A stretch of DNA of 64,000 nt from assembly GCA_938028835.1 (NCBI GenBank), contig CALIMJ010000013.1, positions 34,381 to 98,380 on the forward strand, given 5' to 3'. Made by a program: the position numbers and the translations under genes. The DNA is from an uncultured bacterium (lineage in GTDB: Bacteria; Sysuimicrobiota; Sysuimicrobiia; Sysuimicrobiales; Sysuimicrobiaceae). Positions 30,901 through 42,245 of this stretch are shown one piece after another (position 1 is the stretch's first letter; each line of letters opens with the position of its first letter). The notes under the pieces are model-generated. The model searched no databases and was not told the DNA's origin. It saw only the letters and a program-made list of their open reading frames with translations.

Positions 30901-31806
30901 ATGCAGCCCAGCCACCACCCGACCGCGGTCTCCAGGGGCGCGGTAGCCGCCAACGTCCGCGAGGCGTACCTGTGGGGCAAGGAGCACCTCAGCGCCTGCG
31001 GGGTGGAGGCGGCCGCCCTGGAGGCAGAGGTCCTGCTGCGCTGTGCCCTCGGGCTGACCCGGGCGCAGCTGTACGCGCGGTGGCCGGCCCCCCTGGAGGA
31101 GGGTGCCTGGCGGCGCTACGTGGAGCTGCTGGAGCAGCGCGGGTCCGGGAGGCCGCTGGCGTACGTGGTCGGGGAGCGGGAGTTCTTCGGGCTGCTGTTC
31201 TGGGTGGACGAGCGGGTGCTGGTGCCTCGGCCCGAGACGGAGCACCTGGTGGAGGTGGTTCTGGAGGCCACGCGGGAGGTGAAGGACCCCGCGTACGTGG
31301 ACGTCGGCACCGGCAGCGGGGCCGTGGCCGTGACGCTGGCGATCCACCGGCCACACGCCACCGTGTACGCCACGGACGTCTCCCCGGACGCCCTGGCCGT
31401 GGCAGAGCGGAACGCGGCCCGGCACGGCGTGTCCGGGCGCGTACGCCTGCTCCACGGGGACGCCCTGGCGCCGTTGCTACAGGCTGGCCTGCGGGCGCAC
31501 GCGGTGGCGGCAAACCCACCGTACGTGCCCCGTTCCGCGCGGTCCGAGCTGCCCCCGGAGGTGCTGGCGGAGCCGGAGGAGGCGGTGTTCGCACCCGGCC
31601 CGCGCGGGGTCGAGCTGCACGAACGGATTGCAGACCAGGCGCGCGGGGTGTTGCGGGAGGGCGGGATCCTGGCGTTGGAGGTGGCGGCGAAGTGGGACCA
31701 GGCGCGGCAGGTGGTCGGGGCCCTGGAGGGGATGGGCTACCGGGAGGTGCGGGTGGTGAGGGACCTGGCGGGGCTGGAGCGCGTGGTGGTGGCGCGGTGG
31801 GGGTGA
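30901..31806 (+). CDS. prmC: release-factor glutamine N5-methyltransferase
   Basis: 301 aa. SAM motif VDVGTGSGAVAV and catalytic NPPY (ANPPYVP). Confidence 0.85.
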   Translation: MQPSHHPTAVSRGAVAANVREAYLWGKEHLSACGVEAAALEAEVLLRCALGLTRAQLYARWPAPLEEGAWRRYVELLEQRGSGRPLAYVVGEREFFGLLFWVDERVLVPRPETEHLVEVVLEATREVKDPAYVDVGTGSGAVAVTLAIHRPHATVYATDVSPDALAVAERNAARHGVSGRVRLLHGDALAPLLQAGLRAHAVAANPPYVPRSARSELPPEVLAEPEEAVFAPGPRGVELHERIADQARGVLREGGILALEVAAKWDQARQVVGALEGMGYREVRVVRDLAGLERVVVARWG

Positions 31807-31899
31807 GCGGACGCCGGTTGCGGCGCCGACGCCAGGGCCGTACAGTGGGGCCGAGGCCCGTTCGGGTCGGCCGGTCCTTTCGCGGAGGGATCCAAGCGT

Positions 31900-32571
31900 A
31901 TGGTGGAGCTGCTGTTGAACCCCGTGGTGGTGTTGCGGGTGGACGCCGACGCTCCGGCTCCCCGGAGGGCTGTGGAGGCCCTGCGGGCGGGGGACGTGGT
32001 GGTGTACCCCACGGACACCGTGTACGGGCTGGGCTGTGACGCCACCAACCCGTCCGCCGTCCGCCGGGTCTTCGAGATCAAGGGAAGGCCTCCGGACCAA
32101 CCCGTGCCCGTGCTGCTGGCGGACGCCCAACAGGCCGCCGAGCTCGCGGAGATCCCTGACGGTGCCCGCAGGCTCATGAAGCGGTTCTGGCCCGGGCCGC
32201 TGACGCTGGTGCTGCCGTCCCGGGGCGTGGTGGCGGAGCTGGTGACCGCGGGGACGGGCGCCGTGGGCCTGAGGGTGCCGGACCACCCCGTGCCGAGGGC
32301 GCTGGTCAGGGCGTGCGGGTTTCCCCTGGTGGGCACCAGCGCCAACTCCACGGGGCGGCCGGCGCCGGTGACGGTGGCGCAGGTGCTGTCGGACCTGGAT
32401 GGCCGTGTGGGCTTGGTGCTGGACGGCGGCCGCCTGGGGGGCCGGCCCTCCACCGTAGTGGACTGCACCGGGGATCGGCCGCGGGTGCTGCGCCCCGGGC
32501 CTATCCCCGTGGAGGCCGTGGAGCGGGTGTGGGACGCCGGGCAGGTGGAGGTGGTCTCGGCCGCGAAGTAA
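31900..32571 (+). CDS. tsaC: L-threonylcarbamoyladenylate synthase (Sua5/YwlC/TsaC)
   Basis: 223 aa. VVYPTDTVYGLGCDATN...IKGRP...PGPLTLVL...RVPDHP...TSANSTG...STVVD. Confidence 0.85.
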   Translation: MVELLLNPVVVLRVDADAPAPRRAVEALRAGDVVVYPTDTVYGLGCDATNPSAVRRVFEIKGRPPDQPVPVLLADAQQAAELAEIPDGARRLMKRFWPGPLTLVLPSRGVVAELVTAGTGAVGLRVPDHPVPRALVRACGFPLVGTSANSTGRPAPVTVAQVLSDLDGRVGLVLDGGRLGGRPSTVVDCTGDRPRVLRPGPIPVEAVERVWDAGQVEVVSAAK

Positions 32572-32581
32572 CGAGCCGGCC

Positions 32582-33034
32582 GTGCGCATCGCCATCGCCA
32601 GCGACCACGCGGGCTACGCCCTCAAGGAGGAGCTGAAGCGGTTTGTTCAGGAACTGGGGCACGAGGCCCAGGACTTCGGAACCCACACTCCCGACCCCGT
32701 GGACTACCCGGACTTCGTGGTGCCCGCGGCGGAAGCGGTGGCGCGCGGGGAATGTGACCTCGGCATCGTCCTGGGCGGCACCGGCAACGGGGAGGCCATG
32801 GCGGCCAACAAGGTACCGGGCGTGCGGTGCGCGGTATGCTGGGAGTCCTACACCGCGCGGATGGCCAGGGCCCACAACGACGCCAACGTACTCTCCCTGG
32901 GGGCGCGGGTGATCGGTCCGGAGCTGGCCCGGGAGATCGTGCGCACGTGGCTGGAGGCTCGCTACGAGGGCGGCCGGCACGACCGGCGGCTCGCGAAGAT
33001 CCGGGCCGTGGAGCGAAAGTACGGGAGGGGGTGA
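32582..33034 (+). CDS. rpiB: ribose-5-phosphate isomerase B
   Basis: 150 aa. [18 protein letters not shown]...[24 protein letters not shown]...[16 protein letters not shown]. Confidence 0.9.
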   Translation: MRIAIASDHAGYALKEELKRFVQELGHEAQDFGTHTPDPVDYPDFVVPAAEAVARGECDLGIVLGGTGNGEAMAANKVPGVRCAVCWESYTARMARAHNDANVLSLGARVIGPELAREIVRTWLEARYEGGRHDRRLAKIRAVERKYGRG

Positions 33035-33041
33035 ACCCACC

Positions 33042-34316
<1,275 letters not shown>

Positions 34317-34369
34317 GCAGCGTGGTGTGGGACTTCGGGCCCGGGTCGGGGCGGAAAGGGGGTGCGAGG

Positions 34370-34999
34370 ATGTCCAAGGTCTTCGTGGTGGATCACCCCC
34401 TGATCCAGCACAAGGTGGCGATCCTGCGGGATCGGAACACCCCCCACAAGGAGTTCCGGGAGCTGGTGGAGGAGCTCAGCATGCTCCTGGCCTTCGAGGC
34501 CACCCGGGACCTGCGGACGCGGGACGTGGAGGTGGAGACGCCCCTCGCCCGGACGCGGGGGAAGTCCATCGCTGGCTACGAGCTGGCGGTGGTCCCCATC
34601 CTGCGGGCGGGTCTGGGGATGGAGCCGGGCATCACCAAGCTGATGCCCACGGCACGGGTGGGGCACGTGGGCATCTGGCGGGACCCCGAGACCCTGGAAC
34701 CGGTCACCTACTACGTCAAGCTGCCCCCGGACATCGCGGAGCGGGAGGTGATGGTGTTGGATCCCATGCTGGCCACGGGTGGGTCCGCGGCCGAGTGCGT
34801 CCGGCTCATCAAGGAACGTGGGGCGAGCCGGTTCAAGCTCATGTGCCTGATCGCGGCGCCCGAGGGCATCGCGCGGGTCCACCGGGACCACCCGGACGTG
34901 GTGATCTACACCGCGGCGGTGGACGAGCGGCTCAACGACCACGGCTACATCCTCCCGGGTCTGGGGGACGCGGGGGACCGGCTGTTCGGCACCCGGTAG
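34370..34999 (+). CDS. upp: uracil phosphoribosyltransferase
   Basis: ATG 34370 after [33 protein letters not shown]...[12 protein letters not shown]...[16 protein letters not shown]. Confidence 0.95.
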   Translation: MSKVFVVDHPLIQHKVAILRDRNTPHKEFRELVEELSMLLAFEATRDLRTRDVEVETPLARTRGKSIAGYELAVVPILRAGLGMEPGITKLMPTARVGHVGIWRDPETLEPVTYYVKLPPDIAEREVMVLDPMLATGGSAAECVRLIKERGASRFKLMCLIAAPEGIARVHRDHPDVVIYTAAVDERLNDHGYILPGLGDAGDRLFGTR

Positions 35000-35000
35000 G

Positions 35001-35480
35001 GTGGAGCGGCCCGGCTGGGACGAGTACTTCATGAGCATGGCGGCCCTGGCCGCCACGCGGTCCACCTGTACCCGCCGGCGCGTGGGCGCGGTGGTGGTGA
35101 AGGACCGGATGGTGCTGTCCACCGGATACAACGACACCCCGCGGGGACTCCGGAACTGCGGCGACGGCGGGTGCGCGCGCTGTGCAGGTGCTGTGCCGCC
35201 GGGGACGGGCCACGACACATGCCTGTGCATCCACGCGGAGCAGAACGCCATCATCCAGGCGGCCTACCACGGGGTGGCCATCGCGGGGGCCACGCTGTAC
35301 TCCACGTACCAGCCGTGCCTGGTGTGCGCGAAGATGATCGTGAACGCGGGGATCCGCCGGGTGGTGTATGCGGGCGAGTATCCGGACCCCATGGCCGCCC
35401 GGCTCCTGCAGGAGGCGGGCGTGGAGCTGGTGCAGTACACGGGGCCTTTGCAGGCCCTGACGCCCGCCGCTTTGCCCTGA
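35001..35480 (+). CDS. comEB: dCMP deaminase (ComEB-type)
   Basis: 159 aa. WDEYFM...RRRVGAVVVKD...HAEQNAI...PCLVCAKMIVNAGI. Confidence 0.9.
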   Translation: MERPGWDEYFMSMAALAATRSTCTRRRVGAVVVKDRMVLSTGYNDTPRGLRNCGDGGCARCAGAVPPGTGHDTCLCIHAEQNAIIQAAYHGVAIAGATLYSTYQPCLVCAKMIVNAGIRRVVYAGEYPDPMAARLLQEAGVELVQYTGPLQALTPAALP

Positions 35481-35481
35481 G

Positions 35482-36153
35482 ATGGCGGCCCGGATTCTGG
35501 TGGTGGACGACGAGCCACCCCTGGTGGACGCGATCCGGTTCGCCCTCCAACGGGAGGGCCACGAGGTGGCGGAGGCCTTGGATGGCCTGCGGGCCCTGGA
35601 GCTGGCGCGGTCCGAGCGGTTCGACCTGATCCTCCTGGACGTCATGCTGCCGGGCATGAGCGGGTTCGAGCTGTGCCGGATCCTGCGGCAGGACAGCGAC
35701 GTCCCCATCCTGCTGCTCACGGCCCGGTCAGAGGAGACCGACCGCGTGGTGGGGTTGGATCTGGGCGCGGACGACTACGTCACCAAGCCCTTCTCCATGC
35801 GCGAGCTCTTGGCCCGGGTGCGGGCGGCCCTGCGGCGGCGGGGGATCCAGCAGACGGCTCCCCTGATGGTGGGCGACCTGGTGTTGGATCCCGCGCGCCA
35901 CGAGGTGCGTTGCGGCGGCCGATCCTTGCCCTTGAGCCCTAAGGAGTACGACCTGCTGGAAGTGCTGCTGCGCAACGCGGGACGCGTGCTCAGTCGCGGC
36001 CAGCTGCTGGAGCGGGTGTGGGGCTACGACTATGAGGGGGACGAGCGTACCGTGGACGTGCACCTCTCGTGGCTGCGGCGCAAGCTGCGGGAGGCGGGCT
36101 CCACGGTGCGCATCGAGACCGTGCGGGGCGTCGGGTACCGTCTGGAACCCTGA
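35482..36153 (+). CDS. OmpR/PhoB-family response regulator
   Basis: 223 aa. ILVVDDE...DLILLDVMLPGMSG...ADDYVTKPFS... and wHTH ...TVDVHLSWLRRKL...ETVRGVGYRL. Confidence 0.9.
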   Translation: MAARILVVDDEPPLVDAIRFALQREGHEVAEALDGLRALELARSERFDLILLDVMLPGMSGFELCRILRQDSDVPILLLTARSEETDRVVGLDLGADDYVTKPFSMRELLARVRAALRRRGIQQTAPLMVGDLVLDPARHEVRCGGRSLPLSPKEYDLLEVLLRNAGRVLSRGQLLERVWGYDYEGDERTVDVHLSWLRRKLREAGSTVRIETVRGVGYRLEP

Positions 36154-36189
36154 CCCGCCCCGTACAGACCACCGACGCTGGACGGCTCC

Positions 36190-37488
36190 GTGAGGCCCTG
36201 GGCATGGTGGGTCCTGGCGGCGGCGGCCGGTGCCGCGGCTGCGTGGCGCTTTGTGCTGGCGGACGGCTGGGCCGCGGCCTTCGGGTGGCTGGCCTGCGCC
36301 GCCCTCCTGGCCGCGGGGTGGCGGGAGTGGTCCTGGCGGCGGAGCCTGCAGGCACTCGCGCAGAAACTCCGCGACCCGCGGGACTTGAACTGGGGAGGGG
36401 CCTCCGGAGGCGAGCTGGCCGCGGCGGTGGAGTCGGTGCTGCGTGGCCTGCGGGAGGACCTGGAACGCGCTCGGGCCCAGGAGAGCCACCTCCGGGAGCT
36501 AGTGGAGGCGCTGCCGTGGGGTCTCGTGGAGCTGGACCACCGACGCCGCGCGGTGTGGGTGAACCCTCCCGCGGCGGCCCTGCTAGGCGTGCCGCGCGAG
36601 CAGGCGGGGGAGATGTCCGCGGTGGCCCTGTTTCGGCGGCACGAGGTGGACGAGCTGCTGGACCGTGCCGAGCGGGTGGGCGAGGCCGTGCGGGACCTGG
36701 AGCTGGGCGGCGTACTGCAGGTGGTGGCCCGCCGGCTGCCCGCGGGCGGGTTCCTGCTTCTCGTGCGCGACGTAACGCGGGATCGGCGGGCGGAGGCGGT
36801 GCGGCGCGACTTCGTGGCCAACGTCTCCCACGAGCTGCGCACCCCCCTTGCGTCGGTGCGGGCCATGGCGGAGGCGTTGCGGGACGGGGGACTGGAAGAC
36901 CCGCGGCTGGCGGCCCGGTTCCTGGGTCAGATGCTCCAGGAGGTGGACCGTATGAGCCGGCTGGTGAACGACCTGCTGGACCTGTCGGCCCTGGAGGCCG
37001 GGGTGGTGCGGCTGCGGTGGGAAGACCTGCAGGCGCACGAGCTGCTGGAGGCCGTGGCGCGGCGGTACGGTCCCGCGGCCGCACGGAAGGGAGTGACCCT
37101 GCTGGTCCAGCCCGAAAGGGCGCAGGTGCGGGGCGACCGCGACCGTTTGGAGCAGGCCCTCGGGAACCTGGTGGACAACGCGATCAAGTACACACCGTCG
37201 GGCGGTCGGGTGGTGCTGAAGACAGAGCTGCGCGACGGCGAGGTGTACCTGGTGGTGGAGGACACCGGCCCGGGGATCCCCCCCGAGCACCTCCCGCGGG
37301 TGTTCGAGCGCTTCTACCGCGCCGACCCCTCCCGCAGTCGAGCGGAGGGAGGCACGGGGTTGGGGCTAGCCATCACCAAGCACATCGCGGTGGCCCACGG
37401 GGGCCGGGTGGAGGCGGCCAACCGTCCGACCGGCGGTGCCCGGCTAGCCGTGGTCCTGCCCGCTGGCGGCGGAACGCCGGAACGGTAG
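36190..37488 (+). CDS. sensor histidine kinase (PhoR-like: TM, PAS-like, HisKA, HATPase_c)
   Basis: H-box FVANVSHELRTPL, N-box DNAIKYTP, G-boxes DTGPGIP and GGTGLGLAI. Confidence 0.85.
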   Translation: MRPWAWWVLAAAAGAAAAWRFVLADGWAAAFGWLACAALLAAGWREWSWRRSLQALAQKLRDPRDLNWGGASGGELAAAVESVLRGLREDLERARAQESHLRELVEALPWGLVELDHRRRAVWVNPPAAALLGVPREQAGEMSAVALFRRHEVDELLDRAERVGEAVRDLELGGVLQVVARRLPAGGFLLLVRDVTRDRRAEAVRRDFVANVSHELRTPLASVRAMAEALRDGGLEDPRLAARFLGQMLQEVDRMSRLVNDLLDLSALEAGVVRLRWEDLQAHELLEAVARRYGPAAARKGVTLLVQPERAQVRGDRDRLEQALGNLVDNAIKYTPSGGRVVLKTELRDGEVYLVVEDTGPGIPPEHLPRVFERFYRADPSRSRAEGGTGLGLAITKHIAVAHGGRVEAANRPTGGARLAVVLPAGGGTPER

Positions 37489-37493
37489 CCCGC

Positions 37494-39110
37494 TCAGTCA
37501 GACCGTCCGCCCACGCTGGAAAGTACACCCGGCCCGAAGACCCGCTGGTAGACGTCCTCCGCGTGGCTGGTGGGCAGCGGCTCCCCCTCCAGCACCCGAT
37601 AGGTGCGCCGGCCCCGGGCGTCCCGCTCCGCCCGCAGGAACAGCACGGAGTCAGATCGCCGGGCGCGGAAGCGGTCCGCCAGTTCGAAGAAGTGGGTAAC
37701 GAAGAGCACGCGGACTCCCGCTTCCACGAACGCGTCCAGGACCTGGCAGGCGATCTCCGACCCCTCGCGCTCGTGGGTGGCGGAGAAGGACTCGTTGCAC
37801 AGGAACACCGAGCGCGGCGTGGCGAGGTCCACGAGGGCTCGCATGCGGCGGAGTTCCTCCACGAACTTGCCGGACTCCAGGCGTGGGTCTTCCTCCCGCT
37901 TGAAGTGGGTGAGCAGCCCCTCGCACAGACTCACGGAGAAGGACTGGGCGGGCACGAACAGCCCCGCCTGGGCCATCAGCCAGGCGATCCCCAGGCTCCG
38001 GAGGAAGGTGGTCTTGCCCCCGGAGTTGGGCCCGGTGATCAGGATGAGGCGCTTGCCGCTCGCCTCCAGGTCGTTGGGGACCACAGTCCGATCGGTGGCC
38101 AGGGCCAGCACGGGGTCGTAGAGGCCCCGGGCGGAAAGGGTGTAGCCTGCGGGGTGCACGGAGGGCAGGCAGGTGGGCAATCCACGCCGGCGAAGCTGAG
38201 TGTGCAGCCGCAGGGCGCCCACGTAGAAGGCCAGTTCAGCCCGCAGGCAGGAGAAGAAATCCCGGACGTGGTCGGCGGCTTCCCCCACGGCCGTGGCCGC
38301 TGAGGCCAAGGCCCGGTCGCGGAGGGCCTCGAGGGCCTTGACCCCCGCCTCGTCACGGGGGGAGAGCTCGAAGGTGTAGCCGTCCCGGCTCCGGCGGAAC
38401 CACGTCTTCCACCGCTCCAGCCAGCTCCGGCGCTGCTGGGGGGGTCGGTGCAGGAGGAAGTCCGTGGGCTTGTTGGCAGGCCCCGGACGCGCGCTCCAGA
38501 GGAGGCCGTGGGGCAGCCTCAACACGTCCAGGCAGGCCCGCACCTCGCCGAGGTAGGACTCCTCCAGGTCGCGGCGCAGCGCCGCGAAGAAGCGCGTCCA
38601 GCCCTCGCTGGGGAACCGGGATGCGTGGAGATCCGCGACAGACTTCAGTCTCCGGAGGGAACCCACCAGCGCCGCGAGGGTGCTGACGGACTCGCGCAGG
38701 ACCCAGTCGGGGTAGCGGGCGAGGACGCCCAGATACCGGCCTTTGAGCTGGTCTAGAGCCTCCACGCTGACGTCGTACAGCTCGAGGACGGCGTCCGGGT
38801 TTTCGAGGCAGTCCGCCAGCACAGCCTGGCGGTAGGCCACCACCGAAGGGTCTGCGCACGTGGCCTCCAGCAGGAGCCTCCGGCTGACCTCGAAAACCAG
38901 GTCGTCCTCCCCGGCCATGGCTTCCAGAAGCGGTAAGAGCCCGAGGTCCTGGACCAGGTCGTCCGCGTTCGGAGGGAGTCCCGCGGAAGGGTCGAACCCC
39001 GCGGGTGGTACGGTGCGGTGCCCGGCACGCAGGCCGGCTCGGGCCGTGGCCGCCTGCAGGGCCCAGCGCCAGTCGAAGTCCCGGTCGGGGTACAGCAGGT
39101 GCGGCTTCAT
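37494..39110 (-). CDS. MutS-related ABC-type ATPase (core plus domain V only; no mismatch-binding or Smr domain), paralogue B
   Basis: Start at MKPHLLYPDRDF (residue 262 of the track ORF); its ATG overlaps the upstream stop as ATGA. Walker A is ITGPNSGGKTTFLRS, the Walker-B-like motif is SVFLCNESFSATHEREG (N-E instead of D-E), and VTHFFEL follows. Confidence 0.75.
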   Translation of the reverse strand: MKPHLLYPDRDFDWRWALQAATARAGLRAGHRTVPPAGFDPSAGLPPNADDLVQDLGLLPLLEAMAGEDDLVFEVSRRLLLEATCADPSVVAYRQAVLADCLENPDAVLELYDVSVEALDQLKGRYLGVLARYPDWVLRESVSTLAALVGSLRRLKSVADLHASRFPSEGWTRFFAALRRDLEESYLGEVRACLDVLRLPHGLLWSARPGPANKPTDFLLHRPPQQRRSWLERWKTWFRRSRDGYTFELSPRDEAGVKALEALRDRALASAATAVGEAADHVRDFFSCLRAELAFYVGALRLHTQLRRRGLPTCLPSVHPAGYTLSARGLYDPVLALATDRTVVPNDLEASGKRLILITGPNSGGKTTFLRSLGIAWLMAQAGLFVPAQSFSVSLCEGLLTHFKREEDPRLESGKFVEELRRMRALVDLATPRSVFLCNESFSATHEREGSEIACQVLDAFVEAGVRVLFVTHFFELADRFRARRSDSVLFLRAERDARGRRTYRVLEGEPLPTSHAEDVYQRVFGPGVLSSVGGRSD

Positions 39111-40639
39111 GGGGTGAAGCGCTGGCGGACCTCCCGGTAGGTGAGCCGGTACCTGCGGGCCAGGGCCTCCGCGTAGGCGCGTCCGTCCGCCGGCTGACGC
39201 ACCACGCGGAAGGTGCGCGCTTCGGGCTGGCCGGGTGGCACCGTGGCTACCAGGCTCACGGTTTTCTCGTTCAGGGAGGCCAGCTCGTCCAGGAACGTCA
39301 CCCACACGCACAGGCAGCCGAGGTCCAAAAGCTGTCCCAGCAGCCGTCGGCCCAGGGTACGCGCGTCGCGCAGGGCGGTAGAGGAAAGGATCTCGTTGAC
39401 GATCACCACACTGCTGGGGGTCGCAGCCTGGAGGACCTCCCGGATCCTCAGGAGGTCGTCCTCCAGTTTGCCGCGCATGTCCAGCGTGTGCTCCCCGCGG
39501 GGAAAGTGGGTGAGGACCTGGTCCGGCACCGGAAGCTGAGCCTCCCGGCCAGGGATCGGACAACCGAGGGACGCCAAGTAGAAGGCCTGGCCCACCGCGC
39601 GGGCGAACGTGGTCTTCCCCCCCTGGTTGGGGCCGGTCACCACCAGGGCGCGCTCCGGAGGGCGGAAGAGGAAGTCGTTGAGAATGGGGAGCCGGCCGTC
39701 CGCCACCAGCTTCGCGGCCAGCGCCAGGTCGAAGCAATCCTGCACGAACGCCTCCGTACCGTTGGGCACCAATCTGGGTAGACAGAAGGGCAGGCCCGCC
39801 GCCCGGAGGGGAGCGACGAAGTCCAGGTAGCCCAGGTAGAACTGCGCCTCCCGGTCGAAGGCATCGATCCACCGTGCCGGCAGTTCCCCGCACGCTCTTC
39901 GGAAGTCCGCCACGCGAAGGAACAGGTCCGGGTTCAGGTGGGAAACCCCTTCCAGGATCTGCGCTTCGACAGGGTTCAGCTCCGCGGACCCCCGGAACTC
40001 GAAGCGGTACGGGGTGTCGTGGGCCTGTCGGAACCGCTCAAAGGTGGACCGCACCACCTCCGCGTAGTCCGGCTCCCCGCGGTAGGGACGGACGGTGACC
40101 CGCAGGCCCTGGACGAGCACCGCAAAGCGCAGGGACGACAGCTCCGCCTTCAGCTGTTCGGCGGCTTCCGCCAGGCTGCGGAAGGCGGGGGAATCCGCGT
40201 ACGCGGCCAGCCGGTGGCGGAAGCGGAGGAGGCCACGGCTGTGGAGTGGACAGGAGGACAGGCCCTCCAGCAGCGCCAGGACTGCCTGCGCGTACAGGGA
40301 TGCCGCGTCCAGGAACCAGCGGTCTTTCTCCACTGCGTAGAACGCTTTCTCCGCGCGGCGGAGGTGGGCCCGCACCGCGCGGAGCGCCGAGCTGAACGTG
40401 CGGACTGTCTCCGACACGAGAGGTTCTTGGAAGTCGCGGAAGACCTCGTGGCGGAAGGAGACTGCCTCGGGTTCCCGCAGCGGCGTGTAGAAGACCGGTT
40501 GCAGACCGTACTCCTCCCGGCCCGCCGTGATGGCCTGCACGACCCGGTCCAGCCCCAGGTCCTGCAGGCACGCGGGCGGGTGCTCCGGCAGCGGAGGAGG
40601 CTGGCCCGTGGGGAACAGGAGGCTCGAGAGCTCGTCCAT
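39107..40639 (-). CDS. MutS-related ABC-type ATPase, paralogue A
   Basis: Start at MDELSSLLFPTG (residue 74 of the track ORF); its ATG overlaps the USP stop as ATGA. Walker A is VTGPNQGGKTTFARA, with VVIVNEILSSTALRDA (N-E) and VTFLDEL. Confidence 0.75.
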   Translation of the reverse strand: MDELSSLLFPTGQPPPLPEHPPACLQDLGLDRVVQAITAGREEYGLQPVFYTPLREPEAVSFRHEVFRDFQEPLVSETVRTFSSALRAVRAHLRRAEKAFYAVEKDRWFLDAASLYAQAVLALLEGLSSCPLHSRGLLRFRHRLAAYADSPAFRSLAEAAEQLKAELSSLRFAVLVQGLRVTVRPYRGEPDYAEVVRSTFERFRQAHDTPYRFEFRGSAELNPVEAQILEGVSHLNPDLFLRVADFRRACGELPARWIDAFDREAQFYLGYLDFVAPLRAAGLPFCLPRLVPNGTEAFVQDCFDLALAAKLVADGRLPILNDFLFRPPERALVVTGPNQGGKTTFARAVGQAFYLASLGCPIPGREAQLPVPDQVLTHFPRGEHTLDMRGKLEDDLLRIREVLQAATPSSVVIVNEILSSTALRDARTLGRRLLGQLLDLGCLCVWVTFLDELASLNEKTVSLVATVPPGQPEARTFRVVRQPADGRAYAEALARRYRLTYREVRQRFTP

Positions 40640-41058
40640 CAGTGCACCACCATCACGGGGCAGTGGGCGTACCGGAGCACCCGCTCGGAGACCGAGCCCA
40701 GCATCCAGCGCTGCACCGGGGTGAGCCCGCGTCGGCCCAGGACGATGAGGTCGAAGGCCTCCTCGCGGGCCACCCGCACCAGGACCTCTGCGGGGTGCCC
40801 CACCTCGGTGCGCAGGGTCACCGGAACCCCCGCCCTGCGAGCCTGGTTCCGGGCCCACCGGAAGGCCTCCGCCAGCGGCCCACGGGACTGAGCCACGGCT
40901 GCGTCCACCTCCCCCTGTAGCTCCGCGAACTCCGGCGGGCGCACTACCGCCAGCGCGACCACGTCCGCGCGGTACCGGCTGGCCAGGTCCAGAGCGGCCA
41001 GCAGCGCCTTTCGGGCCGCCGGGGAGCCGTCGTAGCCGACCAGCACGCGCCGGAACAT
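40639..41058 (-). CDS. universal stress protein (UspA family)
   Basis: 139 aa. MFRRVLVGYDGSPAARKAL...DLIVLGRRGLTPVQRWMLGSVSERVLRYAHCPVMVV. The ATG overlaps the antiporter stop (ATGA). Confidence 0.85.
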   Translation of the reverse strand: MFRRVLVGYDGSPAARKALLAALDLASRYRADVVALAVVRPPEFAELQGEVDAAVAQSRGPLAEAFRWARNQARRAGVPVTLRTEVGHPAEVLVRVAREEAFDLIVLGRRGLTPVQRWMLGSVSERVLRYAHCPVMVVH

Positions 41059-42245
41059 CAGTCCCCTCCGGGTACGAGGGCCGGCTCCGGAGCCGGCTGC
41101 TGCACGTGGTGGGCCGGCAGGAAGAACCGGTTGGCGATCCAGGTGGGCACCACCGCGCTGGCCACCACCGTGGTCACGAGGAACGAGTACTGCGCCGGGT
41201 CGATGATGCCATGGGTGAGGCCGTACAGGGAGGAGATGGTCCCGAAGGTGAGTCCGGTGGACATCAGCAGGGTCGTGTACATGGCCTCGTCCCGCGCGTA
41301 CCGGTACGCCCGGGTCAAGGGGAACACGCCCACAAACTTGCTCAGTGCTTTGGCCGCGAAGAGCACGGTGAACGTCCCCAGGCCGCCCGCCACGACGGAG
41401 AGCTGGACCAGCAGGCCCGCGCGGATGAAGTAGAAGGGGGTGAGCAGGCCGAAGGTGAGGCTGCGCAGACGTCGGACCAGCTCGTGGTGGCGGCCCACCG
41501 TCCCCGCCAGGGCCATGCCCAACACGTACGCGGGGAGGACCGCTTCGGACCCCGACCACGCCGCGAGGGCACCGAGGGCGAACAGCACCCCCAGGAGGAA
41601 TTTCACCTCCAGCTCGGAGGTCCGGCCGCCAAACTGGTGCAGCACAGGCCGGGCGGCGCGGGCGGAACCCCACAGGGCGACGATCAGAACCACGACGAAG
41701 ACCGCGGTCCGCCAGCTGAAGGGGGCGAACAGGAGCCCCAGAGCCACCACCGTCCCCAGGTCGTTGATGAAGCACGCCGCCAGGATGACCTTCCCGTAGT
41801 CCGTGCGGTTGATCCCCAGTTCCAGCAGCACCGCATACACCACCGCCACGGACGTGGTGGACAGCGCGACCCCTGCGAGCCAGCTGGCCTGGGGAGCCCA
41901 CCCCAGGACCTGCCGGGCGGCCCACGCGGCGCCCAAAAAGGGAGCCAGGAACCCGGCCAGGCCCATCACGGTGGCCTCCTTCCAGCGCCTGCGGAAGGCG
42001 TCTGGGTCGAGCTCGGCTCCCGCGAGGAACGTCAGGACCACCGATCCGGTGCCCGCGAGGAAGACCACCCAGCCGTCCCGGACTCCGGGGAACGAGGCGG
42101 GGCCGAACACTCCCATCATCAGCTGGGCCAGGATCCCCACGAGGATTTCGGTGAGGGCCACCGAGACCCGCAGCCAGATCCCGAGAAGGGCGGCCAGCAG
42201 GGCGAGGCCCAGCCAGACCGCCGCCGTCCACCAGACGCTTTCCAT
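41058..42245 (-). CDS. cation:proton antiporter (CPA2/NapA-Kef type)
   Basis: 395 aa and polytopic. ...GAELD..., ...FINDLGTV... SD GGAGGTGAGG lies upstream of ATG 42245. Confidence 0.85.
   Translation of the reverse strand: MESVWWTAAVWLGLALLAALLGIWLRVSVALTEILVGILAQLMMGVFGPASFPGVRDGWVVFLAGTGSVVLTFLAGAELDPDAFRRRWKEATVMGLAGFLAPFLGAAWAARQVLGWAPQASWLAGVALSTTSVAVVYAVLLELGINRTDYGKVILAACFINDLGTVVALGLLFAPFSWRTAVFVVVLIVALWGSARAARPVLHQFGGRTSELEVKFLLGVLFALGALAAWSGSEAVLPAYVLGMALAGTVGRHHELVRRLRSLTFGLLTPFYFIRAGLLVQLSVVAGGLGTFTVLFAAKALSKFVGVFPLTRAYRYARDEAMYTTLLMSTGLTFGTISSLYGLTHGIIDPAQYSFLVTTVVASAVVPTWIANRFFLPAHHVQQPAPEPALVPGGD

Noticed and set aside
36069-38303. 744-aa + strand ORF
   Set aside because: It runs out of frame through the histidine kinase and then antisense through the MutS-like gene. 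The sequence is Gly/Arg/Pro-rich with no domain signatures.
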